DNA of 63,263 bases, counting the filler, from Kipferlia bialata (Eukaryota): NCBI GenBank assembly GCA_003568945.1. It is 5 parts of 5 records of this genome, joined end to end, with 100 filler letters (N's around TTAATTAATTAA, not from the genome) between each part and the next. Parts side by side here need not be neighbours in the genome. Positions count along the whole stretch, not along the records: positions 22,447 to 44,767 come from BDIP01000296.1; 4 more parts are not named here. One strand, given 5' to 3'. Numbering within the stretch: position 1 is the stretch's first letter; each line of letters begins with the position of its first letter. Below are positions 26,483 through 39,600 of the stretch, piece after piece. A program made the position numbers and the translations under genes. The notes under the pieces are model-generated. The model worked only from the letters and a program-made list of their open reading frames with translations, searched no databases and had not been told where the DNA came from.

Positions 26483-28426
26483 CTGTCAGAAAGGTCCAGC
26501 TGCCACTAATGGTGTCATAGGAGCCGTACCGGTAGTTTTGCACACCTGGCGTTGGAGCATGAATACTCTAGAAATATGCTAAATGCTACCTTAGGTGGTC
26601 CATCTGTAATTGATGGAGTTACCGTTGGTCACTATAGGAATCAATATAGGAGTGGTCGATGCAGGGGGGTATAAACTTCAGTCATATGCTAACCTACCTC
26701 TAACAGAAGGACACAGAAACGGTGCCACGATGTGTCTCCCCGACACACATCCGTACATGCACTCGTGGATGGTGTCGATGCACGCAGTCCTGAGATTAAG
26801 GTTTCAAAAGGCACATTAGGCCTAGTAAAGTGCTCAATTAGTACTGCAAACTATTCTCTTTGAATCCCTACCTGAGATCCTCGTAGGGGTACACCGACCT
26901 GTAGTACTCCTGTGTAAGAGTAGGGCGGAGGTACATCACATTTACTCAACGCATGTAGTAGTTCACTTACTGCTACTAGCATCGGTGCATACAAGCAGTG
27001 CTATTATAGCACTGTGCTATAACAGTACCACTGAATAATTGTTTGAGAAGAATATAGACTTGTTGGACTCCATACCCAGCGGAGATGGCGGTCATCCCAC
27101 ACTCTGACACCATTGTAGCCATCCTTTGTAGTGTAAGTCCCAGTCTCTCTCTCACCCAGTACAACAAACTCGTTCCCCACTGCTGCTGTTAGATAGCAGT
27201 CGAAGGTGTCGGGACCTGCCCTCGAGTGGCCATTTGCACTAAGAGGCATGGCATCTATGCTCCACTGTCTTATCTCCGGGTCATATCTGAAGTCAGAGGC
27301 GTCTAAGTTTCACTGTAACCTTGATATACTGCTAGAGGTCTTGCTCCTTCTGCCGTGATGAAATCTGCGCGTCACTAAGGAGAGTAATCGACACTGAATA
27401 GGTGCAATTTATACACACTATGGTGTTGCACATGATGTTACTGGTGAGGCTACCTTGCAACCGCATCAGAGCCCAGTAGCACCAGCTGCCAATCCATAAC
27501 TGTTGACAGTGACTTCTGGAACGAGAAGAACAGATCCTCTTCTGCCCCGCTAAGGTCAGAGGAACCCAACTAGTGATCCGAGTATTCATATAGGAATACA
27601 TACACAAACAGTATTAAAATGTTCATCTTGAGCTGATCCCACCCCTTTACTTTGCCATCTGGCAGTGGACCAAGAAACCTCAGCTCTAGGGTGTCCAGCT
27701 CGACAGCACACCTTGACATGAGGGGAGGAGAGAAGGGGAAATTTGGTGTAGATATACACACTGGCAGGTGAGGAGGTGTTCTGTTTCCTCTTCTTACATT
27801 GAGTAGTGGTTGCAGTCCCTCCCGACGGCTGCTGCGAGGTAGATAACTCCCCCGATGCGGCCCAGGTACCTGAACTCATGAGAACTCTGATATATGGATG
27901 TGACAGATTTATTCGTGAGAGTCATCATAAGATATACGATATGGGCAGCATACTGCTATTAGCACTGTCAACAGTGACTCTACAGTAACCAGGGTATGTG
28001 GTACTCAAGATACCTAACAAAGTGCAGCTTGCCAGGAAGTGTAATGCGTGCCGTCACCCCTAGTAGCCGTCCGTCTATGCAGCTGTATTTCAGTATCCTA
28101 ATTGATGTGGGGTGGGTCTCGTATGTGGCCCCTTTTGGGTAGTACACCCAGAGAGTCTCATAGGGGCCGATAGCCGCAACAGGCCTTCCTGGTAGGCTGA
28201 CCCCCTTGTGTGTGACAGAGAGAGGGGTCAGGGAGACACACTTGGTCATCTGAGACGAAGGAACGAAGTGGGAGGTGTTTGTAGAGGTGAAGAATGGGAT
28301 CGAAGTGTGCATGTACAGTGGGTTGCTCACCAGAGATACCCGCCGAGCTGAACGCTTTCTGCTTATGTCTACAATTGAGGACAACTCCAATGTGTCCCAT
28401 GGCAGACTGCCATTGGCAGTATCCAT
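26483..28426 (-). pseudogene. Kelch-like beta-propeller pseudogene, multi-exon, 3'-truncated
   Basis: First ORF 28426-27980, then exons YLGRIGGVIYLAA (in-frame TAA at 27794-27796), AVELDTLELRFLGPLP, FRYDPEIRQWS..AAVGNEFVVLG (in-frame TGA at 27310-27312) and YGSYDTISGSWTFLT|GT ending at 26483. Confidence 0.6.
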
Positions 28427-28603
28427 ACCTCTTGGAAAGTAAACTATACAGTATAAGTCACATTTTTGTCACCTGTGACTGTGTGGTGTCTCACCACACA
28501 CATATATATATAGTTGTTCGAGAGACATTTGGGTCAAAAATGAAACAAATGTCTGAAATAATCACATCTTTACAGGTGCTCTTTCAACCTCAATAACATC
28601 AAT

Positions 28604-31600
28604 ATGGAGGAGGAAGGTAAATCAGATACCTGACGTGTGCTATTTATAGTGATAGTATTTATAGTGTTCTAATAGCAGTGGCTCCGCAAACGTGCTGGGG
28701 TGCTGGGTTCAGTGTTTATATACATTCATACATATATACATACACATACCAACAGAAGTAGTTTTTTGACGTCTGACCCCGGCTCTGCCCCCTTCCTCCG
28801 TGTCTACACCTATACCAATTACTATATATATACTATATATATAATATACACACACACTACTATACTATCACCTTATCCCAGCTGTGACCCCTCTCTCCAT
28901 GTTCCATCTTGTACTTATACCAAATACTATATATACTATATACATATACACACACTATACTATACTATGTATGTATGCCTCTCTGCACTGATCCCAGCTG
29001 TGACCCCTCTCTCCATGTTCCATCGACCGAGAAGTAATGTATATATATGGATACCCCTATGCTAATACTATACTCATATTCATATATATACCATAGTATA
29101 TACCCCTTATAACAGCTGTGACCCCTCTTTCCATGTTCACACCTATAATTAATACTATATATACTAAGTACTATATATACATATATATACTATAGTATAC
29201 TATAGTATATATCCCTTATCCCAGCTGTGACCCCTCTCTCCATGTTCCATCGGCACCCAGGAACACAGGTGTGCATATTGCTCTCCTTGGAGTATATACC
29301 TCTCCCCCCCTCTTTCTTCAACGATAGGAACATATATATATGCGCCACATGCTCCATACTCTCCCTGCCCCCCCCTTTTCCCCCCTTCTCTCCATTGAGC
29401 CAATATATCTGGTCATCTTGTATTTGGCATCCTCACCCCCCCCCTCCACCCTCTTCATTCTCCATCATTATTGTGCGTATATCATTCTTTTCACTCCTAC
29501 TCTCAGAAGCCTAATACCAAAGGGTACTTGTTGCCTCAAGCAATTACTACAAAAATGTATGTTCGCTCCCTTACTCTAAAACGTTTGATCCCAGCCCTTC
29601 GACGGCTGTTCACCCCTCACCACATACCCCCTAGGTGAAGGTATGTTCAACGGTGGTTCATGTTCTGATTGTTACTGTATATTGTTGTATTTCAATGATA
29701 CATTGGAGTGTTCATGTATGTATGTGTATATGTATATTACTGGTGTGTGTTTCAAGGAGGTGGATATACATAATGATACCATACGTATTTATCTGATACT
29801 CACCTAGGCATGTTCATGGCCAGGACAGACACACACGATTAACAGTATACACTTATTAATATATTAATGATATATACATATATATATATATATCAGTCCT
29901 ATTCTATATACTCAATAAGTATAGTACTCATCTCAGGCATCTATATATATATTGATTATAATATTTAGTACTATTCTATATATACTCATCTTAGGCATGT
30001 TCATGGCCAGGACAGACACACGCACCAGTCATGGTACCACCTCCTCTCTCTGGCTGTATACACTACAGGCACCAAGGTTAATGTATGCATATCATATTAT
30101 GTACCCTACAGGCACTAAGGTAAATGTATACATATGTATATATATATATGATATGTGATTGTAGTGTAGTAGTGTATTTATACCCTATATGATTGGACAT
30201 ATGTACATATACATGTCTATATATATGTGTGATATGTACACATGCACAGGAGGGTGATACACCTAAGGAATTCCTGATATATACACATACTGTATGCAAG
30301 ATTATTGATTATAGACAGAAAGTGCTAGAGAGAGGTATTCTTCTAACACTTAGTGCACATGAGGGAGAGACACCCAGGCTAGTTGGCACCGATGTCACTC
30401 CAGCCAAGTTCAGAACCCGGGAATGCGGAGACATATTTGTCACAAAGGTCATATATACATATATATCTACATATATAGATACATATATAGATACATTGGA
30501 TATTGATAGAGTTGGTATACCTGAAGATAGTTCCCCTCTATTTCCTTTCCCCATACCGATATTGAACACCGGACGTTTATTTGTCTGACCATTAGGTCAA
30601 CGGAAGGGTGTGTGTTCTTGCATACCTACCCCCCACCCACTTTCTCTTCGTCATGTCATTGGACACACTGGAGTGGCAGGAGAAGTTCTCCCCAGGTACA
30701 TATATGACAGTTGATCTACGAACTAATACATGTCCTGGTATCTTTCTATAACTTAGCTTGGGAGGAGAAGTTCTCCCCAGGTATACTCTATGTCTCCCAC
30801 CATAGACTTTTGTACTCTTACAATTATGTCCTCTGATCTCTCTACACACATAGTGCACTACTCTCTTTACATGACTGTACACGTCCATATATGTGCTGTT
30901 ACCATCACCTGATCCAAGTGGGTGAGAAGGATCCAAAGGGGAGGGACATACCTAGATATGGACGTGGTGCCAGGTAGGCCTCCTAATTTATAAAACTCTA
31001 ATATTCAGTAATTAAATTCTAATATTGAATTAGTAAATCCTAATACTCATCGAATACTGGTCCGTGAGCATCTTTTGAAGCCTCTTGTGAGCTCAATACA
31101 TACTTTGCATGTCTGTATATTATGTGTAAATAGGAAAGTATTATTTGGATCTTGCGCATAGTATCATACTATGATAGTATGTGACATACACCTCGATATT
31201 TGTCGCATTTACCTGACCTTCTAGAGAAATGTGCGGCACTGCCTGTCTAGAGGATAGGCTGGTTGTGATCGACAGTCTCTATACCCATGTGTATGACCCA
31301 GGTATTGGGTGTGTATATGTATACATTGTAACGTGTATATATATACAGTATGAGTTTGTGTGTGTGTATACATTATATATATGTGTGTGTACGGCAGAGA
31401 GTGACCGTTGACTTTGAACAGTCCCATCCGGACCACCCCCACCATACATGTAGTAGATATACCAAATTGTAGAGTAAATATATATATTGTGAATATGTAG
31501 TATATATATATATGTAGTGTATATATATGTATGTGTATACACATATATATTCATGTATTTAATATATGATAGTGTATGTATTTATGGCAGAGAGCGACCA

Positions 31601-32174
31601 ATGGACCCATCCCGACCACTCCCTCCCAGCCTCTGTGATTGGAACAGCAGCCATAGTAGGGGACACTCTGCACTGGTTCGAGTGGAGTCTCACCAAGAAC
31701 GAGAGGTATCATCATTCATATCACCTAATACATAGAGACTACTAATACATAGAGACTACTAATACATAGAGACTATGACACAACAGTATATTATACTATG
31801 GTATAAAACACCATAACACGGTATATTGTATTATAGTATAGAAATCCCTGCACTGGTTCGAGTGGAGGGGCGGAACTAATCAGACGTATCAATGTATATT
31901 TATATATATTATTATTATTATTATTTTGTTAATGTATATTTATACATATATACTATTATTATTATTTTGTTGTATATTTTATTTATGGAGACATCAGTCA
32001 ACATATAGTTCATTTTTGTAATTCTATGAAATTCTTAGTAGTACTATTCATAGTATGAATCATGTTAGTGACGTGATTACTGTTATGCACTGGTTTGAGC
32101 GGAGTCTGGCACCCCTAATCACATATACTGTTGGTAGAACTGTATGTCTTTCTCCCTAACCCAATGGCATACAC

Positions 32175-32244
<70 letters not shown>

Positions 32245-33573
32245 GCATGTTCATGTGATGCTGAAGAGCATCACTCATATGTATAGTGAGAGTGTGTATA
32301 CTACTAGTGAAGTATCTGAACGTCATACTCACTCAGTGATCACCATACCTACACGCATGCTAATGGGTGGACCTGTGATGTGGTGCCCTGGAACATAGGG
32401 GGATATGGCCATACCATATTTCCGATAGCAACCATGGTGAGGACTCTGATTTGTCCTACCACGTTATCGAGATAGTACTGGTTACATACTTTGCATGCTA
32501 CTCAGGTAGTAGTATGTTGGATGATAACTATTTTGTGGAGAACTACTGCATGCAACCATATCTCATATAGCAGACATTTGGCCCTGTTGTCGCCATCTTC
32601 AGTCAGCGTGTCCCCGAGTTCCATGGTGAATGTGACTTCAATGTGATAGTGGACCTGTATGAGACGGTGAGCGCACTCTCTTTCTCTCTTACTGTTCTTT
32701 TCTATACTTACCATGTATATTTGCAGTTTGTGTTTGTACATACTTCGTCAGTTTCACTATATGTACAGGTGAATGAGTGTCAGTTACAAACATCCCATGG
32801 TCCGTTCATTATGTTTTGTCAAGGGTACTTTAGTGTGATTACACCGTGATAAGAACAGTGTTATCGGTTACCTATATCTATACACTCAAATATATGTTTG
32901 TAATTTTCTCACAGCAGGTCTGGAGACACACTATCACAGAAGTGTAAAATGTATATTGATATCATATGCCTCTTCCACAGAGTTACTTGATATCAATGTA
33001 TTGTTCGCTCACTGCAGGTGTCTGGGGACCACAGTGTACACATAGAGCACAGCCTACTTAGGCCAACTGATCCCAGCAGTGACTCCCTGGTGCACATGGG
33101 AGGGGATACTATCCTGAGAATACTCAATGTATGTAGTCTGCTTCACTATTCCTGAGTGTTCATATATGTTAATTCACCCCTTCTCTAACAATCAGACAGA
33201 AGACGACTCAAAGCCACGATTCCAGGTGCTGGAATTAGAGGTATGAATGCATCTCTAGATAACGTTATTTCACAGATATATCCTGATAATCAATGAGTAG
33301 TAGGTAGCATTGTAGGTATCCGTACGAAAAGGTATATATCCTATTCATACAAGAAAGGTGCATAATCACTTCTGTACACATCCATGTGGTCCATTCCTAA
33401 CATATCAGGAGTCGCTACTCTCTCTGGATACTGATCCATACACCGACACCTCAATAAAGAGGTATCATAACCCCAGAGAGGTCAGAGAGCACTTGATCAG
33501 ACTATGGGAAGAGGAGAGAGAGATGATCCTCATGCAAGACGACACAGAGGAGGACGGAGACAACTACTTTTGA
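28604..33573 (+). CDS. Kelch-like beta-propeller protein, about 15 exons
   Basis: An open spliced frame runs from MEEE|GT through VNGRVCVLAY..FVMSLDTLEWQE, CLEDRLVVIDSLYTHVYDPESDQWT, AIVGDTLHWF, HHTYTHANGW and LYETVSGD to ..EEDGDNYF* (33573). Exon 2 is tentative. Confidence 0.75.
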
Positions 33574-34240
33574 CTTGCACTCTCTTCTCTGATAGTCAAA
33601 GATAGTCACAGATATATTAAAGTCTACCTTTCAATTGTTCCAGAGACCCAAAATACATATGTGCAATGAACTTGAACTCGCTATATTTCAATGTTCAGTC
33701 CTACTAGGCCTAGGAGTAAGACTGTACTATGACTGGCAGATTTGAATACATCAGCGTCAGGAAAGGAATCTGTCTTTCGAAGCAATAATCTGTATCATCC
33801 GTTTTGCTATGAAGAAGCTGCTGACAATCAGTACCAGGATGTGATGATAATGAGAGAAACTATAGAGTGATGGAAGTTCCTTCATGGAACTAACAAATAT
33901 GAACATGAAACCATTGTTCAATCGAGCTTAAGAGATCCTGAGAAGTGAGGGCTTCTGTGTAGCCGACAACAGTCTTTGTGCAACACCGTGGTGAAGTATA
34001 TATATGCATATAGGTTGATTAATTTGTAATATATTTATAAGAGAGTGATTATTGGACACTGTAAGTCTTACAGTGAAAGACATTGAGAAGTCATGTGAAA
34101 GAATGTACTGACTCAGGCACTAACAAATCCCGAACTGCTAAGACACTTTACTTGTACGATGGCATGTTGCCATTGATAGTATCAAGATTCATTTACAGAG
34201 GCCACTACGTGGACTGTCTGTGGATATTGGCATGCCTTGG

Positions 34241-35305
34241 TCACCAAGGTGGTACTGCCTGTATAGACACACATGGCACGCTGTTCTCGTGTCGTGCATT
34301 GACTCGTAGCGTCGTGTCCCGGGTACCCAGCGCAGCACACCAGTCTAACTGCTCCCCCATGGAGGTGACGCACTCAGGACTCAGCATGAGTGGGTCAATC
34401 CCAACTACAAGTGTCTTGTTGTCGTCAATGCATAGAAGAGTTGTCGGCCCCAAGAAGACTAGCGCGCAGTCTTCGTATATATTCCTCTGGAGTGGCAGTC
34501 TCACCAATGGCACAATGTCAAGGGAAACAGGGTCTCGGAGCCACATATCCAGAGGCTTTCCATCTCCTTCAGTGTGCTCTGTCACCTGTATATGCAGCCG
34601 ACCTAATGGTAGTACTGCCATTGTATCATACGACTGCCACCAGCACCCATGGTACTTGCTCCAGGTCTCAATGTCCACATCGGCTGCCTCCTGTGTACTG
34701 AACAGAGAATCACGGACGTCCACACAATACGCTCTCTCTGATGGAACTTCCTTGGGGCCAATACCCCCATGTCGAGTCCACTGCTCTGTCGGAGCTGACC
34801 AGGTCCACACGCTTTGGTCTCGATCCAGGCGTGAAAATTTACCCTGACTTACAAACAAGTTGTCTCCAACAGAGGAGACAATCGGTTGATCTTGAGGAGG
34901 TGGCTTCACTGCCTCTGGGCGTTCTATGTTGCGCCACTCACCCGTGTCTATGGTGTAGACACACATGTTCCATGCAGTGATGCCGCGCACACTGCGCAGC
35001 CCACGTGCATATGCTACTATATACCCGCCTACACGGTAGAGCTTCACATATACTTTTCGGACATCATCAGGTCCGGAGATAGTGGTCAGTGTTGGGTTGC
35101 CGTCGGAACCAAGAGAGACCAGTCTCCATTGGCGGATATACTCTCTTCTTCCTCCCCTTATCGTCTCTTTCCTGTAGGTTAACATGCCATCTCTGTGGCC
35201 TATTGATACTGCAGAGGGACGCTCTATGAGGCAGTCACCGTCTGGCATCACACTTGGGTAGGTGTCCATACTGGTATACCATGGCATCGTGTGCATTCGA
35301 TTCAT
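34241..35305 (-). CDS. Intronless 354-aa Kelch-like beta-propeller protein
   Basis: This is the longest uninterrupted ORF in the window. Blade motifs include YRVGGYIVAY, VYTIDTGEWRNI, SSVGDNLFV, WTWSAPTEQWT, MWLRDPVS and CALVFLGPTTLLCI. Confidence 0.75.
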   Translation of the reverse strand: MNRMHTMPWYTSMDTYPSVMPDGDCLIERPSAVSIGHRDGMLTYRKETIRGGRREYIRQWRLVSLGSDGNPTLTTISGPDDVRKVYVKLYRVGGYIVAYARGLRSVRGITAWNMCVYTIDTGEWRNIERPEAVKPPPQDQPIVSSVGDNLFVSQGKFSRLDRDQSVWTWSAPTEQWTRHGGIGPKEVPSERAYCVDVRDSLFSTQEAADVDIETWSKYHGCWWQSYDTMAVLPLGRLHIQVTEHTEGDGKPLDMWLRDPVSLDIVPLVRLPLQRNIYEDCALVFLGPTTLLCIDDNKTLVVGIDPLMLSPECVTSMGEQLDWCAALGTRDTTLRVNARHENSVPCVSIQAVPPW

Positions 35306-35582
35306 TGAGCTACAGTCTTTGTGTCAGTTGTACTGATGCAAATGGTATGATTCAGTGCAGTTGCTTATAAGCTCGTGGTGCACGGATGAGAGTAAAGGCG
35401 GCTACTGCGGGTGTTATTGAAAAGTGGACGATGGCCTCAAATATCAGTGCACATGAGACCATCGCGGTTGCAGTTTGCAAATGAGACTCTATATCAGCTA
35501 CAATGTAGTATATGGTGTCATAAACTACTGCAGAGGAAGGATGCCAAACGCATATATTTGGTATTTGGGTAGGAGAGCCGCT

Positions 35583-36570
35583 TCAGTCTGACCCAGTCTC
35601 ATAGTCCTCAACTGAAGCATCATCTCCTTCTTCCTCTCTCTCTCCCTCCTCCTCCTCATTACCACCTTCATCTCCTACACTCTCCCTTCCAAACAGTACA
35701 TATTCCGTCTCAGGCACATCCCCCTCAACAGACACAGGAGTATCAGTCATGGCACTATCCCCCTCTCCCCTCCCTTTCCTCCCCATGGCTGTGTGGGGTG
35801 TGGGTGGCAGTGCTACCTTCAGACCACAGACCTCACTGCGGCAGTAGAAGCACTGGGGTGAGGGGCAGGCTGATATATATATGTATACTCTATTCATATA
35901 CATTCCTCTGTTCAAGTGCATTTTGAACTCTCTCCCTTGCCAGACATGAAGTTTTACATGTGGTCTATGAAGTACCAGCACTTACCTGTCTCTGTCTGTT
36001 CAAGTGCTTGCGACAACAGCACAGACATCCTGAGGGGTCAGCAGTGTAGACACATACATGTGTTTTCAATACGCATTCAATAGTTTGTATGTACACATTT
36101 GTCACAACACCCATACCTCTGTGCCCGCATGGCATGAAGACAGTGGCTCATGTTCTAGACACCTTGTATATATATACATATATATATGTATATATATTTA
36201 AATATATGTGAGTGTGTGAATATACCCCTGTGGCCGCATGGCATGAAGACAGTGTCTGACTCATGATCTAGACACACGGGGCACAGATCCTCATCCTTAG
36301 GCTCTCTCTCTCCCTCCCTCTCACTGGGAGTGGGTACATACTCAGCCTGGGTAGTAGGCCTAGGAACTCCCAGTCTCTCTCTCCTCTCCCTCCGCTTCCT
36401 CTCTTTCTCCCTCTCACTCTCTAGCAGGTATGTAACTCTCTCCCTCTCAAGAATCGAGGCCACCGGGCGGGGTAGAACACTTACGGGTAAGACCCACTTG
36501 AAATGAAATATCAAGTATTGAAAGTCTTTCTAATACTCAGAACGTCACCAGCCAGTGACTACATATGTAT

Positions 36571-36605
<35 letters not shown>

Positions 36606-39600
36606 CATGCTTCAATACCTAGTCACCACCTCCAGGGTAAAGTAATAGAGTGATACCATATAGAGCATACGCACATACATACATATTTGTATATTTATAG
36701 GTATATACATTCATACCTTGTCACCACCTCCAGGGCAGAGTCAGATATCGTGTCTAAGGTGCACAGAGAGTACCTGGTGTTACAAACAACAGTGGCAACT
36801 CAAAGAATGTAATAGAGGGATTTGGTGTCATAACCGGAACGTATCATGTGTATATGAACATACACAACTATGTATTAACACACAACGTACCAAGCCAGCC
36901 CCCTCTGCGACTCTTGGTCTATGTGTCTCCTGGTCTCTCTGCCAGTTGGGGTATCAGCCAATGATGCATCCACAGTCCACATAGTCCTGCCATTGACTTG
37001 ACGGGACCCATAGAGACTATCATTGACTTCCCCTTCTCCTTGTGGAGAATCTGCTTGACGCTTGGCGAGTGGCTCCTGGTCGATGGGCATGTCTCTCTCC
37101 CTCTCTCTCTCCTCGTCTCCCTCTCCTCTAGGGGACATATCTACATCACCCTCTGTGTCTACAGTGTCTATGTCCCCATCTGTGCATATGGCACAAAAGG
37201 GTGCAGCAGGGGTGTCGGCAGGGCGGAGCTGCCGCATTACCATATTCACTGGGGTTAGCAAACAGAATACACACGAGAAGTCACAAGATAATTCAATCAT
37301 TCACACGCATATGTGTAAGGTATCCCCCCTCATTCTGCTTCACCTTCCTCTTCTTCTTCCCTCTCTCCATATATATATTGAATACATATCCCTACCATAT
37401 GGCTGCCCTGCCTCTGACCATGCGAGGGGTAGAGTCAACAGACCCTGGAACTCGGGGGTGTGGACCTAGGGGTCAAGGGAATCTATATACTACTATAAAT
37501 TTGTTACAATGTACATACGAATAATGATGTAACACACTTCAGCGACCCTGGAACTCGGGGGTGTGGACCTAACAGTGAGAATTTATATAGTATATATAGT
37601 ATATAAATTGTAATATATAGAGCAAAATGTAACTGTAACAATGGATGGAGGACATGGAAGTAATCGTGGGTCGGATTATATAGAGTTTGAAGGGGGTATA
37701 GGGCGCAGTGCTATATACCCATAAGAATCAAGTGTGTGTGTAACGTTGTATTCGTATATTGTGTTCTTGCACGATTATATGATAATACTGACCCACCCTG
37801 ACAGGCAGGTCCAGCCCACTAATGACAGCCATCAGCACAAGGCTCTGGCTGGTGTAGCTGATATGAGGAAAACAAACCATACTCACATACCGGAAACTGC
37901 ACTGAATAGATACATACAATGGACAGTGTAGCTGACATGAGGAGATCTCTACATAGTGCCTATGGATACTAAATACATTGCAATCCGAGTACATAGAAAT
38001 GCACTATACTATAGCATATCCATACCCAAAGGAAGACAACAGGAGAGATCGCACGAGGCGGTACTCCGAACGGTCTCTGTCCTCAGAGGGAGATAGAGGG
38101 CGGAGCAGACCTTGAAGGATGAACTCCCGCTGGGCATGGCAGTGTTGCTAGAGTTAGTGTCTAAAGAGACTGTATATAGTTAGTATATAGCTGAACATTT
38201 ATCAATATGATACAACAGATACTTCTAAAGCTATGAAAGGTCACTCCCGCTGGGCATGGCAGTGTTGCTATAGTTAGAATATACATACACAAGACTATAC
38301 TATATTATCACTTCAATTGAATAGTCACTTCAGCGCACTTCCAACATACCCATATTTCCAATAGTAAGTATAGTTATCCTATTATTTCGTGTTGCAGTTA
38401 CCCCCATCTTGTGTGCAAAGTGCTCTGGGACTGGTGTGAATGTGAGCTCTGCTGTCCCGTCCAGTACATGGGACAGGAGGGAGATGGTGATGCGGGCTAG
38501 ATATTCACTAAGGTCAGACTAATGAATTCAGAGATGTAATACTCAATGATAGTGTACTACAATTAGAGAATATAGTGGAACAAGAGGGAGATGGTGATGC
38601 GGGCCAGGTGTTGACTGAGGTAAGATGAGTATAATAACCAGTATGTAATGAAATACAACTATATCAGTACACAGTGATACGGTCTAGTTGTTGACTGAAG
38701 TTAGATGTAATGAGAATCATCCAATGGTAGACTATGGCTGTAACACTTACATAAATACATGTATTGTATGTTCACTCCACTTCATACTTGTACCTTGTTG
38801 GGAATGCCATGAGTGCATAGTAGTAGACGTCACTGAACTGGGGCCACTCGGCAAAGGCAGTGTCCTCAACCTCAGACACATACAGAGAGTGTACAAGCTG
38901 TCGTTAGATTTGAGTAGAAGTCGCAATCTCTACTACAGACATACCTGATCTATGGGTCCGAACTCACACACATACACGTCATCGTATGCCTGCAGGTACC
39001 GGTCTATGTCACTCTCTCTCTCTCTGTCACTCTCGGCATCAGCATCTGCATCCTCACCCCTAGCCCCATAGGCCTGGGGTATGGTGGGGGCAGCCCTGGA
39101 CTGTGCCTCCTAGAACGGTTAGACGTTTCAGACGTTTCAGACGTTATGTACACATCTATGAGGGCATTAGAGGTACTTACCCCGTATACAATGCTCCTTA
39201 TCAGGAGTGACACAGTGGCACTGGCTGCTGCTCTCTCTCTCTGGGAGTCCAGCACTGAGTCCAGGGGTACGTGGGGGGTGAGGTCTCTCTTGGGTCCATC
39301 GTCAGTATCTGCCTCTCTCTCTCTCTCCCTCTGCCGCTCTCTGTCGACCCTTGTGGATTCTGTCTCTGCACTCCCCTGATCAAACATGTGTCTCTCTCTA
39401 TAGGTACCGTTCATGGCTATGTAGGAGAGAGACCTAGCAACCTGGGGTGAAAAGTACATTATGTGAGAACACATCATCCACTGTTGGTACCCCCTCCTAT
39501 ATGTATATATACATACTATATATACGTTGTATACTCATATATACCTGAGCCATGACCCGACTCTGCACCGGGTACTTCCTTCTTCTTTGTATACATAGTA

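Noticed and set aside
724..27796. In-frame TAA/TAG (724, 2664, 27794) suggesting a hexamitid-type TAR=Gln code
   Set aside because: RPS29 ends at TAA and POP4 at TAG at their expected C-termini. The affected loci also have frameshifts, a TGA or splice defects, so pseudogenes are the simpler explanation.
31726..31776. 17-bp tandem repeat x3 (CTAATACATAGAGACTA)
   Set aside because: It is an ordinary intronic minisatellite with no further structure.
33835..33945. Possible box C/D snoRNA (GTGATGA..CTGA); weaker candidates near 53005-53190
   Set aside because: There is no convincing terminal stem outside the boxes and no recognisable rRNA guide.
34083..34847. 254-aa plus-strand ORF
   Set aside because: It is the antisense shadow of the 34241-35305 gene.
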